Assembly (NCBI GenBank): GCA_010093995.1
Contig: ML992512.1
Span: forward strand, 1 to 64,000
From: Elsinoe ampelina
Lineage: Eukaryota
Direction: 5' to 3'
Length of the DNA stretch: 64,000 nucleotides
The stretch's first letter is position 1. Each line of letters starts with the position of its first letter. Positions 23,938-35,104 of the stretch are shown piece after piece. The notes beneath the pieces were generated by a model, which did no database searches, had not been told where the DNA came from, and saw only the letters and a program-made list of their open reading frames with translations. The translations under genes were made by a program, and so were the position numbers.

Positions 23938-26835
23938 ATGAACTCCGACATGGATCAATGGGCTCAGATCCCTCAGGATATGCCTGACCTTCTCGGATCT
24001 GATGTACCTAGTCATGCCAACGACTGGGAGCAATTTCTGCGCTGGGAAGACAACAACGATACTATGTCGCCCGACAACTCCAGCAAGGATTCCTCAGACT
24101 CACCAACACAGGACTCAAGCACAATTGAGACTTTTCCATGGTTGGACAACAATGCAAGTATTGCGCCACCTCTAATCGTAGGTGACGACACTTCTTTCTC
24201 TGATTTCTCCACTGGTATGGATTCTTCCATGTTAAACTTCTCCGGCCAGGACCAGACTCTCAATCCCTTCATCTTTGGCGACGGTTCTTCTCTTCAGCCA
24301 GTTGCCGATAGTCTGGGATCCGATCTGGGAAAGGATCTGAGCACACTTCCATGGCCAACCAAAGAAGTGCCTTCGCAGCCTGCCATGCCCAACACTTTCC
24401 TTTCAACAGATGTATCTCGGCGAAAATCGCACTCATCTGCCGGCACAAGTCCTATCGACAGTCACTTACCAAGTCCGGCATCACATATGCAGACACACTC
24501 ATCCGCTTCGTCTCTGTCACCACAACCAACACAACCACCCAAGAAGAAAGCCGGGCGCAAGCGCAAGTCAGAGATGCCTCCGAAGGATGGCAACGGTAGC
24601 GGCGATGGTGAACCACCTGTCAAGAAGACTTCGCACAACGTCATCGAGAAGCGCTACCGTAACAACCTCAACGAAAAGATCCTGGAGCTCCGCGATAGTG
24701 TTCCAAGTCTACGGGCCATGTCGAGGCCAAATGGAGAAGAGGATGACTCGGAAGAGCTGGACGGACTCACACCAGCACACAAGCTCAACAAGTCGACCAT
24801 CATGGCCAAAGCAACCGAGTATATCAGGCATCTCGAAAAGAGAAACAAGACCATGTCAGACGAGATGGATGCATTGAAGGAGAGGATGATTGCACTCGAG
24901 CAAAGCTATGCTCGTAATTCTGCCATGATGAACAGTCCGCTGATCGGAAGGTCCGGGCAGTCTTCCGCGCAGATGGGCAGCTTCAATACGACCATGCTCG
25001 GATCACCAGAACAGCTTCGTCAACGCAACGCGGCGCAACATCAAAGCATGCCTACCTTCGACCTCCAAGCAGAAGAGGAAGAGGAGAAGGCGAAGTACGT
25101 CAACGGAAATGGTAGTAATGGTCTGATGAGCAAGCTTATGGTTGGTTCCATGGCTGGTCTTATGGTCATGGAAGGATTTGCAGAGCACGACCAAGGTTCA
25201 CCTTCTGGTTCCCGCGGTCTCTTCGGCGCGCCGCTCCACCTCGTCAAGCGTGGTTTCTCTGCTGGTCAGACAGGATCATTGACCATGCCCATGTCGCAAG
25301 CAGCTCTCCCGCTGCTGAAGATATCTCTCATTCTTACAGCACTTGTCTACCTCGTCCTTCCCCTCTTCCAGCCAAAACCGAAGAAGAAGGCGCAGACCAT
25401 CCCGCACATTACCCTTACAGCAGCACCCTCGCTCGCCGCATCGGTCGAAGTCAAGCGGAAAGCATGGCTTACGGCGATCCAAAGTGTCTGGACACCCCGA
25501 CACTTCCTCATCGAGGTCGTTCTCGTCACCGTCCAAATCATCGAGCTGAGCTTACGACGCATCATCGGCTTCGATAGCTATGCTGAGCTACTCGGCATGA
25601 CCAAGGACGATGAAGCTGCACGTATCAAAGCATGGGATATTGCTGTCGATGCTCAGCTCGCCGGTGGTGATGTCGAGGTCAGCTACTACCGACTGCTGCT
25701 GACGCTGATGGCATCTGGTACGCTGCCAGACTCACCAATCCGTCTTATGCAGAAAGCTGTGCACTTCCGCATCTTTTTCTGGGAGCTAGCCAATGCTGGT
25801 TATGGCAACCTTTTCATGTTCAAGGACTTTACTGCTCGTGTTGCCAGGGTCTACTGGGACTCTGCTCGCAACCAGCAGCGCGGTCTTGTGGATGGGACCG
25901 GCAACAAGGTCGACGAACTCGGCCACACCATCGACATCCTTCCGGACCATCTTGCCAAGCTCATTGAGTTGGAATGTGACGAGGTTCTCACAGATGACAT
26001 GATTCAGCGCGCTTACAACCTGGCATGGAACCGTCCTTCGGCGGAGAACACCCAAACGAATTCGACCTTGGATTCGGTCGTACACGATCCAGCTATCCGT
26101 TCACCACTTGACGCTGTGGCTGCTTGGTTCACAAACACCATTGTCGACGAGGCTCTTGCCCTGTCACTCCACGACGCGGACGATGAAGTGGCTGATGACG
26201 TCAAGTACTTGACTTCTCTAGCTACGTTGACCGCCCCGCCTGCGTCGTCGACGCTTACTCGATCGCTCGTTGCCAAAGCTGTGCTGGTCGATGAAGGTCG
26301 CAACCAAAGCATCAATGCCGCTTTGGACAGCATGCCCCATGCCCCTCTCGCCAGTCCTATGCTAGGCCGCTCGCCGACTACTGTGCATCTCAACGTTGTC
26401 GACCACGTTCCCTTGACACCAGAGGTCCATACTACTTTGACCATGGCTAAGATCCTTAGCCTGGCTGGCGACGAAACCTCAGCCGCTGCAAAGCAACATG
26501 CATTGAACAGGCTTGACAAGGCGTCATTGCCTGTTAAGAGCTTCACCATGCTCAACGCCGTTGCCACCTTCAAGGTACTCGAGCTGTATGGCAGCACTGT
26601 GGGGTCGGCAGAATCAGGCAAGGTCGGACTGGAGAGACTCGCCGCTAGCTTGAGAGTCTGGATTGGTACAAAGGCTGGTAGGAACAGTGGGTTGAGCAAC
26701 AAGGAGAAGGGCATGGTGGTCAGGCAATGCATCTCTGTGGCCAAGCGGGCAGGTGGTTGGAAGGACGAGGCGGAGGACAGTGGGTATGGGAGCGGATTGA
26801 GCAGGAGAGGCAGCGGTGAAGAAGTTGCTGCATGA
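23938..26835 (+). CDS. srbA: SREBP-type membrane-bound bHLH transcription factor (SrbA/Sre1-like), single exon, 965 aa
   Basis: bHLH KKTSHNVIEKRYRNNLNEKI carries the SREBP-diagnostic Tyr; KLNKSTIMAKATEYIRHLE; hydrophobic segments (LMVGSMAGLMVM, LLKISLILTALVYLVLPLF); conserved fungal C-terminal region (KAWDIAVDAQLAGGD). First ATG at 23938. Confidence 0.9.
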   Translation: MNSDMDQWAQIPQDMPDLLGSDVPSHANDWEQFLRWEDNNDTMSPDNSSKDSSDSPTQDSSTIETFPWLDNNASIAPPLIVGDDTSFSDFSTGMDSSMLNFSGQDQTLNPFIFGDGSSLQPVADSLGSDLGKDLSTLPWPTKEVPSQPAMPNTFLSTDVSRRKSHSSAGTSPIDSHLPSPASHMQTHSSASSLSPQPTQPPKKKAGRKRKSEMPPKDGNGSGDGEPPVKKTSHNVIEKRYRNNLNEKILELRDSVPSLRAMSRPNGEEDDSEELDGLTPAHKLNKSTIMAKATEYIRHLEKRNKTMSDEMDALKERMIALEQSYARNSAMMNSPLIGRSGQSSAQMGSFNTTMLGSPEQLRQRNAAQHQSMPTFDLQAEEEEEKAKYVNGNGSNGLMSKLMVGSMAGLMVMEGFAEHDQGSPSGSRGLFGAPLHLVKRGFSAGQTGSLTMPMSQAALPLLKISLILTALVYLVLPLFQPKPKKKAQTIPHITLTAAPSLAASVEVKRKAWLTAIQSVWTPRHFLIEVVLVTVQIIELSLRRIIGFDSYAELLGMTKDDEAARIKAWDIAVDAQLAGGDVEVSYYRLLLTLMASGTLPDSPIRLMQKAVHFRIFFWELANAGYGNLFMFKDFTARVARVYWDSARNQQRGLVDGTGNKVDELGHTIDILPDHLAKLIELECDEVLTDDMIQRAYNLAWNRPSAENTQTNSTLDSVVHDPAIRSPLDAVAAWFTNTIVDEALALSLHDADDEVADDVKYLTSLATLTAPPASSTLTRSLVAKAVLVDEGRNQSINAALDSMPHAPLASPMLGRSPTTVHLNVVDHVPLTPEVHTTLTMAKILSLAGDETSAAAKQHALNRLDKASLPVKSFTMLNAVATFKVLELYGSTVGSAESGKVGLERLAASLRVWIGTKAGRNSGLSNKEKGMVVRQCISVAKRAGGWKDEAEDSGYGSGLSRRGSGEEVAA

Positions 26836-27017
26836 GAAGAATGTTCATGATGATTGATAGACAGAGGACCTTCGCGAGAAGAAAGAAGCGCCGGCGCTTG
26901 GTAATGAGGCATGTGTAAATGTCTATTGACAGCCACGAACTTGCATGGCGCTTTACAATTGTATCGACACTGGTAGTCATAATACAGACTTCAACCCCAA
27001 TCATTTCATCCCAAAAT

Positions 27018-27909
27018 CTATAATTTAGGCTTCTCATCCCTAAGTTTCAACCCTGTCACCTCCTCCAACTCCCTCACCGCCCCGTCCGTACTCCCCATCA
27101 CAACCTTGATCCCCCTCATCCCCACCGCCGCGGCCCCCTTGAGATTACTCCCAATATCATCCAAAAACACCACATCCTCTCCCCTCAGCCTCTCCCCCGC
27201 CCCCAACACCCCCCTTTCCCTCGCCACCCTCTCACACTCCCCCAACGTAAACTCATACATGCCCCTCTCCGGCTTCCTCCTCCCCACATGGGCTGAACTA
27301 ACAAACAAATGAAACTGACCCTTCAACTCCCGATTAAACCTCCCCTCTGGCGTATCCGGATCGTTAAACCTGTGACCCTCGGGGAAAATCGTCGTGTTGC
27401 TACACGCCGCCACCACGAACCCCCCTTTGGCGTCGGCCACCTGCCTCAACCTCCGCAGCGCCGGGTACACGTTCGGATCCGGCGCCCGCGACGCCGCCAT
27501 CATGGACCAGAAGAGCGCCTCCGCGTTGATCTGCGGACAAGGGGGGGTTTGCGCGAGGGCTTCGTCGACGGCTTGGCCGGCGGGGAGGGAGCGGGTGTGT
27601 TGCAGGTGGCGGAGGTAGTAGGTGCGCCAGAGAGACGGGGAGGTGAGGTCGTGGGTGAATTGGGTGAAGAAGGAGGCGTCGAGGGGGATTTCGCCGCGTT
27701 CGGCGCGTTGCCAGGCGCCGTTCGGGGAGGTGGAGGAGATGGCCGTGTTGATGTACCCTGGGGGGATGGAGTGCTGGGTTTCGTACGAGGCGATGGCGGA
27801 CATGGGGGAGATTACCTGGGGCATGTCAGGGGGAGGGCAAGGAGTAGGGAGGGGTGAAAGGTACGCAGACGCCGCCTATGTCGAAGAGGATGACTTTGGG
27901 GGGAGGCAT
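27018..27909 (-). CDS. HAD-superfamily hydrolase (like the soluble epoxide hydrolase phosphatase domain); intron 27816-27864
   Basis: Exon 1 MPPPKVILFDIGGVC (motif I), then CSNT, SAHVGRRKPE and VVFLDDIGSNLKGA; GT...CTGAC...CAG intron. Confidence 0.88.
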
Positions 27910-28521
27910 GGTGGGGGGTGGGGGCCGAGGCAGGGCGGTGGTGTTGGCGGGGAAGTGGTATGAATGCGGGATTGGTAATTAGGTGCTGACAATAGTATGA
28001 CTGGGGATTCGAAGTAAGAGTGAGGCGTAGTCGACTGCAACGTAGATTTGGAAATGTACGAGTGTTCAATGTTGCGTCGTGTTACAAACGAATGGCTGCT
28101 TGACCATGCATGGAGGGCCGGTGGTGGTGGTTAACCTCGGCTCTTTGTCGAGCAGCGCCGGGGATTACTCCTCTGCGGGCGCATTCTTCCACCATCGTTC
28201 TTCGTACCTTCTAGCCTGTCAATGTAACACGCAGCCAGGAGAATGGAACGCCGTGCTGCAACTTGGTCATAAGTTCACGAACATTTTGAGTAGGTCTGAC
28301 TGGTTTGAGCAATATAGCGCCTGGGCACAAGGGCACTGCAGGGGGTCACAAGCGAGATACGGGGCGCCACCGTCAGCGCCTGAAGCCATACAAATAGACC
28401 AGGTAGCACGCTGGAAATGAAAGAAAAAGTATTACCAGACTTCTGCTCCTTCCCTCGACTCAGCCTACAGACCATCAATCTTCTCCAAATTGAGCATACA
28501 AGTATAGCAAATACCACCACA

Positions 28522-29265
28522 ATGCTCAGCATCCTCCCTCTTCTCTTTGCACCACTTTTGGTGGCTGCGGCCCCCGCACCCGCGGCGAGCTATTACCCAG
28601 AGATCCCCTACCGCAAGATCGAAGTCCTGTCTTACAGTACGTCCTACTATATGTCGCATATCCATGTACACTACCTAACGCATCACCAGACAAGGATACT
28701 CAAGAAACCGTCTTCAAATTCCCCGCCCCCGAATGCTTCTCGAACAACAGCACCGCCCCAGCCAAACAGACCTTCGTAAGGCGCCCCCCCACTGTACCAC
28801 GGCCACCAGCCAAGCAGATACTAATGAATATCACTACAGACCTTCAAGCTCCGTCCGGAATCCGGCTTCACAACAAACGACGTCTTCCTCAATGACCAGC
28901 GACTTGTCATCAAGTACGACGCCAACAGACAGCAATATTACGAGGCCACAACCATCCCCGCCGTCGACGGAGCCAAGAAGACCCGCCAGATCACAGGCAG
29001 CTACTACTCCAACATCAACGACATCATCGGTGGTTTCGACCCGCGCAATCCCGAGGCGAGATTCATCATTCCGAATCCGAACGAGTGGTTCGAGATTAAT
29101 CTCTGGGAGGTTGATGGTGTGCCGTGCACAAGGGCGCTGACGTTCCACTTTTCGCTGCTGTTGGATGATCCATTGAGGCGCATCCATGTCGTTGGTGTCG
29201 ACAACATTGCGAGAGAGTTTGATGTGGATTACACCAAGTACAAGAAGTCGTTTGGTGCTAAGTGA
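28522..29265 (+). CDS. Small secreted protein of unknown function, 208 aa; introns 28637-28689 and 28776-28839
   Basis: Signal peptide MLSILPLLFAPLLVAAAPA. Two canonical introns with CTAAC/CTAAT branch sites give one continuous frame ending ...YTKYKKSFGAK*. Confidence 0.75.
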
Positions 29266-29870
29266 TGAGCATTGCATAGCATTTCCACGGGAGGTGGCAT
29301 AGGAATATGATCGAAGAAAACGGGAATTGGAGCGTTTATCATAGCGGGCAATTTAATCAACCTTGTCAGAATTATTTGTTGATTGGCCGGAAGTACAGGG
29401 CCTTTTCCGGGGAACGTCTGGGTCACTTGGTTAAAAGTTTAGCGTTGCCTGGTGCAGCTCTCCGTCTGGGTCACAGCTCCGGGCCGTCCCCATATAGAGA
29501 GCTCTGCCGTTATCACCAACCATGGACGGTGTCTCTTATGTTAATATCACCATCGAATCGTGTAGCAGCAATTTGACGGGTTGCTGGAACTCACATAGGT
29601 GTCCACAATCGAAGAGGACCTCTTGACAACAAAGACGGCGACGACCTGCATGATACCTGATCAAAGTCATCCCGCGTTTGTCGGCGGGTAGCTGCAGTAT
29701 ACCTCAAGATGAGCTGTACTTATGCAAGCACATGCAAACATGAGCTGGCAGGTCTCAGACAGCAGCAGTGAGAACAGATATCTCGTATCGCCCACCTGCT
29801 TTCCCTTTCACTCTTTGCAACTCCTTCTTCACATACACATTCCGCCAGAGACCGTCAAAGTTACCTGACC

Positions 29871-30312
29871 ATGCCTCACTCTACCAACTACAAGAAGAAC
29901 AACAACAACACTTCCATGCCTCCAGAGGGCTTCTTTCCCATAGTGGGTATTGCCCGTCCTTCCTCTCAGCACCCTCTGACGTCTGCAACAGACTGTCGGC
30001 GTCGGCCCCGTAATGACCGTTGGAGAAATCCTAGCCATGTACCCCAAAGACCACCCCAGCTACCGTCCCATGCCAGATGGCAAGCAGCCTCGTCCGACCA
30101 GCGAAGTGGACATGAAGAACCACCAGTACCACTCTATCGAAGATCTCGTCCGTGACTTGAACGGCAGGTTTGACGCGGATAAGGAGGAGAAGGGAGCCGA
30201 CGCAGGGAAGGAAGACAAGCAGCCTGGCGGGAAGAAGGAAGACGATAAGCCTGTATTTGGTCCGGAGTTGCCTCCTGGTTATGCTAAGAACCAGAAGGAT
30301 GCTGGACGTTGA
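29871..30312 (+). CDS. Small hydrophilic hypothetical protein, ~130 aa; intron 29943-29991
   Basis: GTGGGT...CTGAC...CAG intron joins the 29871 ATG in frame to the 30013-30312 ORF; gene-like codon usage; CT-rich leader. Confidence 0.55.
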
Positions 30313-31759
30313 GGTGAGTTGATCTGATTGTCTGTTCGAGTGAGGCGACGGCGCTGATCGACCGGCAGACTACATCAAGACCGAGGCTTCGCTTTGCCTG
30401 CCTGTACACCATCACACCAAGTTCCAGACAGCGCTAGCATCTTGGGCCCCCTTGTTATGGCAGGAAGAAACGGACCAGGTACACGCTTGACACACGGTAG
30501 AGATGTGTATAAAAAAAGTTGAACCACTTACATTCCCATCCCATCGTCCGGTGACCGTGGCTCAAAGTGCTAGACTGTTGCGCCTCAACGTGGCCTTTAC
30601 TACTCGCTGGAGGCATAAATCAGGTCCAGGACAGTCCACATAAGCTCCATGGCACGGTGATCAGATACCTCGACGACCTGTCATCCGGCAGACAATGGCG
30701 CTGGTCATTCACACGACCGTGGAGCAATCCTGCCCGTGGTAGTACCGTGTCCTCCCGCAGACAAGGACCCGCCCCGCTAAGAGAAATCTTGTGATCACCC
30801 TGCTGTGCGTGACAGTGTGCATGTCCACCACGTGGTTTTGATGAAAGGCATTTGCAGGCGGTGATATCTGGTATAGCTGAAAGGTACGACTGACCAATCA
30901 GAGACGAGCATTTTCAGTGGAATTGAGCCCTGACGCCATGGGAAGTCAAGCATTTCTTGACTTTTCACGCAAGGAATGCCAGTCAACGCCCTTGCTTCTT
31001 GGACTTGCTTTGCGATGCTTGTGCTATCGATCCTTGGACCACGGCCTGAAGATGACTTGACTACACTTTTGTGGATAGAAGCGCAATCGCGATAGTGCAA
31101 AATACATGACCTTCGACACGCGGCAAACAGCGACAACAAGCTCCAAGATGATCCCCATCGAGTCCCACGATTCATGCCGATAGCCATGCACGATTGCCTC
31201 ATCGTGCAAAGTAATCAATATCGACCAGATTCGCAGCCATGACAAGCAGCAAAGACACATGTGCAGTCCGGCCCATGTCAAGAGGTGCGACTAAAGTTTG
31301 CCCGGATCTGCGAAACGTCGTTTAAGGGTCGATGTCGTGATCAAAGCCTCTCCACCTCGAACCACTCACCACGCTGCATCCCAGCCAAATGAGACCCCGA
31401 TGACAGCCAGTCTCATCTGCGTCTTTCCCAAATCGCCATGTCCCGGCTTTGCGCACCTAGGGAGCTTGCATTTCTGGCGCGAGTCTGGGCGTGTCCTGCA
31501 TGTCGGCAGCGACCAAAGACGTCAGATGGCGGCATACCATGGCTTTCATCTTCAGCCAGTGTCGCAGACCGACGTGGATTTGGGAGATTGATTTCTTTGA
31601 ACCGGTAGCTGTTTGTTCTTTTCATCTTTTCATCAACACTTTGCTTAAATCACTTTCCCTCTCCCTCTTCCCTACTTCTCCTTTGGCGTACGCCATACTC
31701 ATAACCTCTACTATCTGAACACGATCGCCATTCCCGGTGGACCATTGAGATTGCCTGAC

Positions 31760-33293
31760 ATGTCCGACGAAGAAAAGGTCCCTTCGACGGCCTCACCGCC
31801 AAACGAGAAAGAGCACGCCGGCGACAGTGGTATCCTGGGTGAAGCCCCAGACGCAGCAGCTTGGGGTCTTAGCGACAGCGCCCTTGTCCGCAAGATCGAT
31901 CTGAAGCTCATCCCCGGTGTAACGATCCTTTATTTGCTATCCTTCCTCGACCGAGCAAACGTAGCAAATGCCCGACTCGAAGGCCTTCAAAAAGATCTTG
32001 GGATTACTGGCAACCAATACCTCACCGGTCTCACCCTGTTCTTCGTCGGCTACGTCGTTTTCGAAGTCATCTGGAACGTCATCCTCAAGCGCATCGGTCC
32101 TAAGCTCTGGCTGCCGAGTATCACTGTGGCTTGGGGGATTGTCACCACACTTCAGGGGATAGTCCACAACATGGCAGGCTTCTTCATCGTCCGTGTAGTC
32201 CTCGGTGTTACAGAGGGAGGGCTCTTTCCTGGAGTAGTTTTCCTCCTCAGCCAATGGTACAAAAGAGATGAGAGACAGTTCCGGATTGCCCTCTTTTTTA
32301 GCGCTGCCTCTCTGGCGGGTGCATTCGGCGGAATCTTGGCCTATGGCATTGGATTCATGCGAGGACAAGGAGGACTGAACGGGTGGGCCTGGATCTTCAT
32401 CCTCGAAGGCATTGCGACAGTCCTGATCGGAACATGGGCATACTGGTTCATCCCAGACTGGCCAACCAAGGCAAAGTTTCTGAATGACAACGAGCGATCT
32501 TACCTCACAGCACGATTGAAGGCCGACAGCGACGCAACCAATGACGAAGCATTCAGCTGGGGTAACGTCCTCAAGTGCCTGAAGGACCCCAAGTGCTGGC
32601 TTTACGGCCTGGTGTTCCATACCCTTTCTCTTCCCCTGTACACACTCTCGCTCTTCCTTCCCTCCATCATCAACGCCCTCGGCTACAGCGTATGCCTTTC
32701 TAATACTCTCCACGTCAAGTGCTTCACTGACCTCGTACCAGGCCGCCCAAGCTCAATTGCTCACCATCCCTCCCTACGCCCTCGCCACTATCCTCTGCGT
32801 GACCTACGCCCTCGTCTCAGAACGCTACAAGAAACGCGCCGTCTTCATCATCTTTTCCTCGTCCATCGCCATCATCGGCTACATCATCCTCCTCTCCAAC
32901 ACCGACCCCCGCAAACGCCCCGGCCTCTCCTACGCCGGCACCTTCTTCGCAGCAGCAGGTATCTACCCGTCCGTCGCCCTCGGTCTGTCCTGGCCCGCCA
33001 TGAATGTGAGCGGGCAGACCAAGCGCGCGGCCGCAAACGGGCTGCAGATTACCGTGGGCAACCTGGGAGCGATCATGGGAACGCAGTTGTACCGCGCGAA
33101 TGACGGGCCACGGTATATCGTGGGGCACAGCATGGCTTTGGCTTATCTCTTTGGGAATATTGTGGTGGTATCGACGTTGTTCTTCGTGCTCAGGGCGGAG
33201 AATAGGAGGAGAGATGCATTGCCGAAGGAGGAGATTGATCATACGGGAGAGTGGAAGGGGGACGAGGATCCGAGGTGGAGGTTCACTTACTAG
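31760..33293 (+). CDS. MFS transporter, anion:cation symporter family (Tna1/Dal5-like); intron 32690-32741
   Basis: LVRKIDLKLIP..LYLLSFLDRANVANA, EGGLFPG..LSQWYKRDE, GWAWIFILEG, C-terminal DPRWRFTY. Confidence 0.92.
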
Positions 33294-34266
33294 ACATTTG
33301 TGCGCGAGAATGAGATGAGGGGGAAAGAGAAAGAGATAGATAGAGGTGATAGATACCCATGAAGTTGTGTATGCATTATTGCTCAAGCATTGCTCAATTG
33401 TGGCCTAGATATTGCTCGAATATCGCTCAATCGTTGCTCACGCAGCTCTTCCACCAAACCACGGCAACTACTTCTCCAACTTGCAACAATATCGGACACG
33501 ATCCCGCGCCCTAGCAGAGGATGTACACTATCAATGCTGAGTCACCACCCACATGCACTCCACTCCATTCTCAAAGTCACTCATTCCCCCGAATCCAGCG
33601 ACATCCCCCACCCCACCGGACGACCAAGCCCGCCCCATCAAACCCCCAGACCCACCACGCACCCACGAACCTCAACCTCGGCCATTCAGCCAAGACGGCC
33701 AAATATCATCCAATCCCGCTCCACGCACCGCCACCCATGCGTCTGATGCCGCGCTCACTTTGCGACGCGGCAGCCACGACGCTAGTCGCGACATCAACAC
33801 GCCGATAGGAGCGAGGGAATGGAGGGAGATGGAGCGAGGCGGCTGGGGTCGGTATGGGGCAAGGGCGGAGGTGGAGTGACTCAGTGAAGACGGCTTAGGA
33901 TGGAGCGAGGAAGCAGAGGGGGGGGGAGGGGGGGGGAGAATGCTGCGGGTCGGGCTGATGGGAGAGTACTGTAGGTGTGTGTATGGGGGAGTGGACTGTG
34001 CTGTGAGTGCCTGCGCGTGGGATTGCGGTGGTGGGTAGAGTGATTGGGAGTGTGTGTGAGCTGCATGCATGCTCTGCAGAGATTGTTTTTGAAGGTTCGT
34101 AAGTCGTAAGTGTATATCCTATGTGACCTCACCACGTGGGCTTCCTGCCGAAGCTCGGTTTGCGTCCAGATATCGCGCTCTCTGCTTCCTGAAGCAATTG
34201 CGCTCCCAGCTTCCTGCTTCAGACTGATGGCCTTTCTCACTTCGCTTTGCTCTTCGCACCGATATG

Positions 34267-34887
34267 CTACGCACGGGCTTCCTGGTCGTTTTCCGCCTTT
34301 GGCTCTGTCTTCGATCTGGTTCGCTTTGCCTCGGGCTCGTGCAGAAGACCGGCGACACGAAGGGCAGGGATAGCATAGATTGCAACCCACTCGGTACTTT
34401 TGAAGACAGGTCGCATCTTCTCGCCAGCCGCATACGCCTCGCCGTCCCTGTTCACCCACATAAAGGGCCTTGGGTGGCCGTTCCTGTCCAGTGTCCAGTG
34501 ATCCAGAGCTTGTTGTCTAGGTGGAGTGGGCTGTGCTCTGAGCACTTGGCTGACACGACCGGAGTCGACGTCGGTCTTGTTGATATGTCCCAGCGGTGTC
34601 ATCTTGTGGAAGCAGTATTGTCGTGTTGGGTCTTCGCTGGGTTTCTCCTCGTACGTCATGCCATCTGGAGACGCTATGCTGCCGGTGACTTGGTATATCG
34701 TGCCTGTCCCAGTCTCGGCGTCTTTCTGAACGAAGATGGCATCATCGTATCGCTTGCGCTTGCGGGGCTCCAGAGGATCGGGATCGCTGTGGAGTGATAG
34801 CTTGAAGAGGGCGTATTGCTTTTGCTCCGAGGGAGATACAGTGGTCGAGCTACCAGACGTTCCAGTCACCTTGTTGTCGTCGTCCAT
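34267..34887 (-). CDS. DUF6540-like protein, paralog lacking the conserved His/His/Cys, 206 aa
   Basis: Collinear with 35105-35800 (AIFV, VTG, GM.Y, TPLG, PTPP.QQ, RPVFK..EW, PALR.AGL); open frame. Family name is from memory of the motif pattern. Confidence 0.75.
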   Translation of the reverse strand: MDDDNKVTGTSGSSTTVSPSEQKQYALFKLSLHSDPDPLEPRKRKRYDDAIFVQKDAETGTGTIYQVTGSIASPDGMTYEEKPSEDPTRQYCFHKMTPLGHINKTDVDSGRVSQVLRAQPTPPRQQALDHWTLDRNGHPRPFMWVNRDGEAYAAGEKMRPVFKSTEWVAIYAIPALRVAGLLHEPEAKRTRSKTEPKAENDQEARA

Positions 34888-35104
34888 GACGGTTGAGCTG
34901 AACTTGGCAATGGATACGAAAGTGCGACAACATGCTTAAGTGATGAAGCACTTTACACCTGCCGGATTCACGAGGAGCTGGCAAACAATGCTGAGCATCG
35001 CAAGCACTGCTGGAATCGCAACCATTGCTGAGCACCGCAAGCATGTTTCGTGGCACCAACAACCGATTTCCCATCGTCGTAGTGAGCTGCGGCACTCACC
35101 AGGC

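Noticed and set aside
26013..26936. Long antisense or alternate-frame ORFs over real genes (also 37213-38241, 31937-32713, 47284-48339, 50903-51772)
   Set aside because: Shadow ORFs produced by codon bias of the true CDS; no independent motifs.
31760..33293. First MFS transporter as part of the pectin module
   Set aside because: It is separated by the DUF6540-like pair and I saw no GARE or RhaR-like motif upstream. Membership cannot be supported without expression data.
33390..34070. Several overlapping Pro/His-rich ORFs
   Set aside because: Explained by the C-rich/G-rich low-complexity skew; no consistent gene structure.
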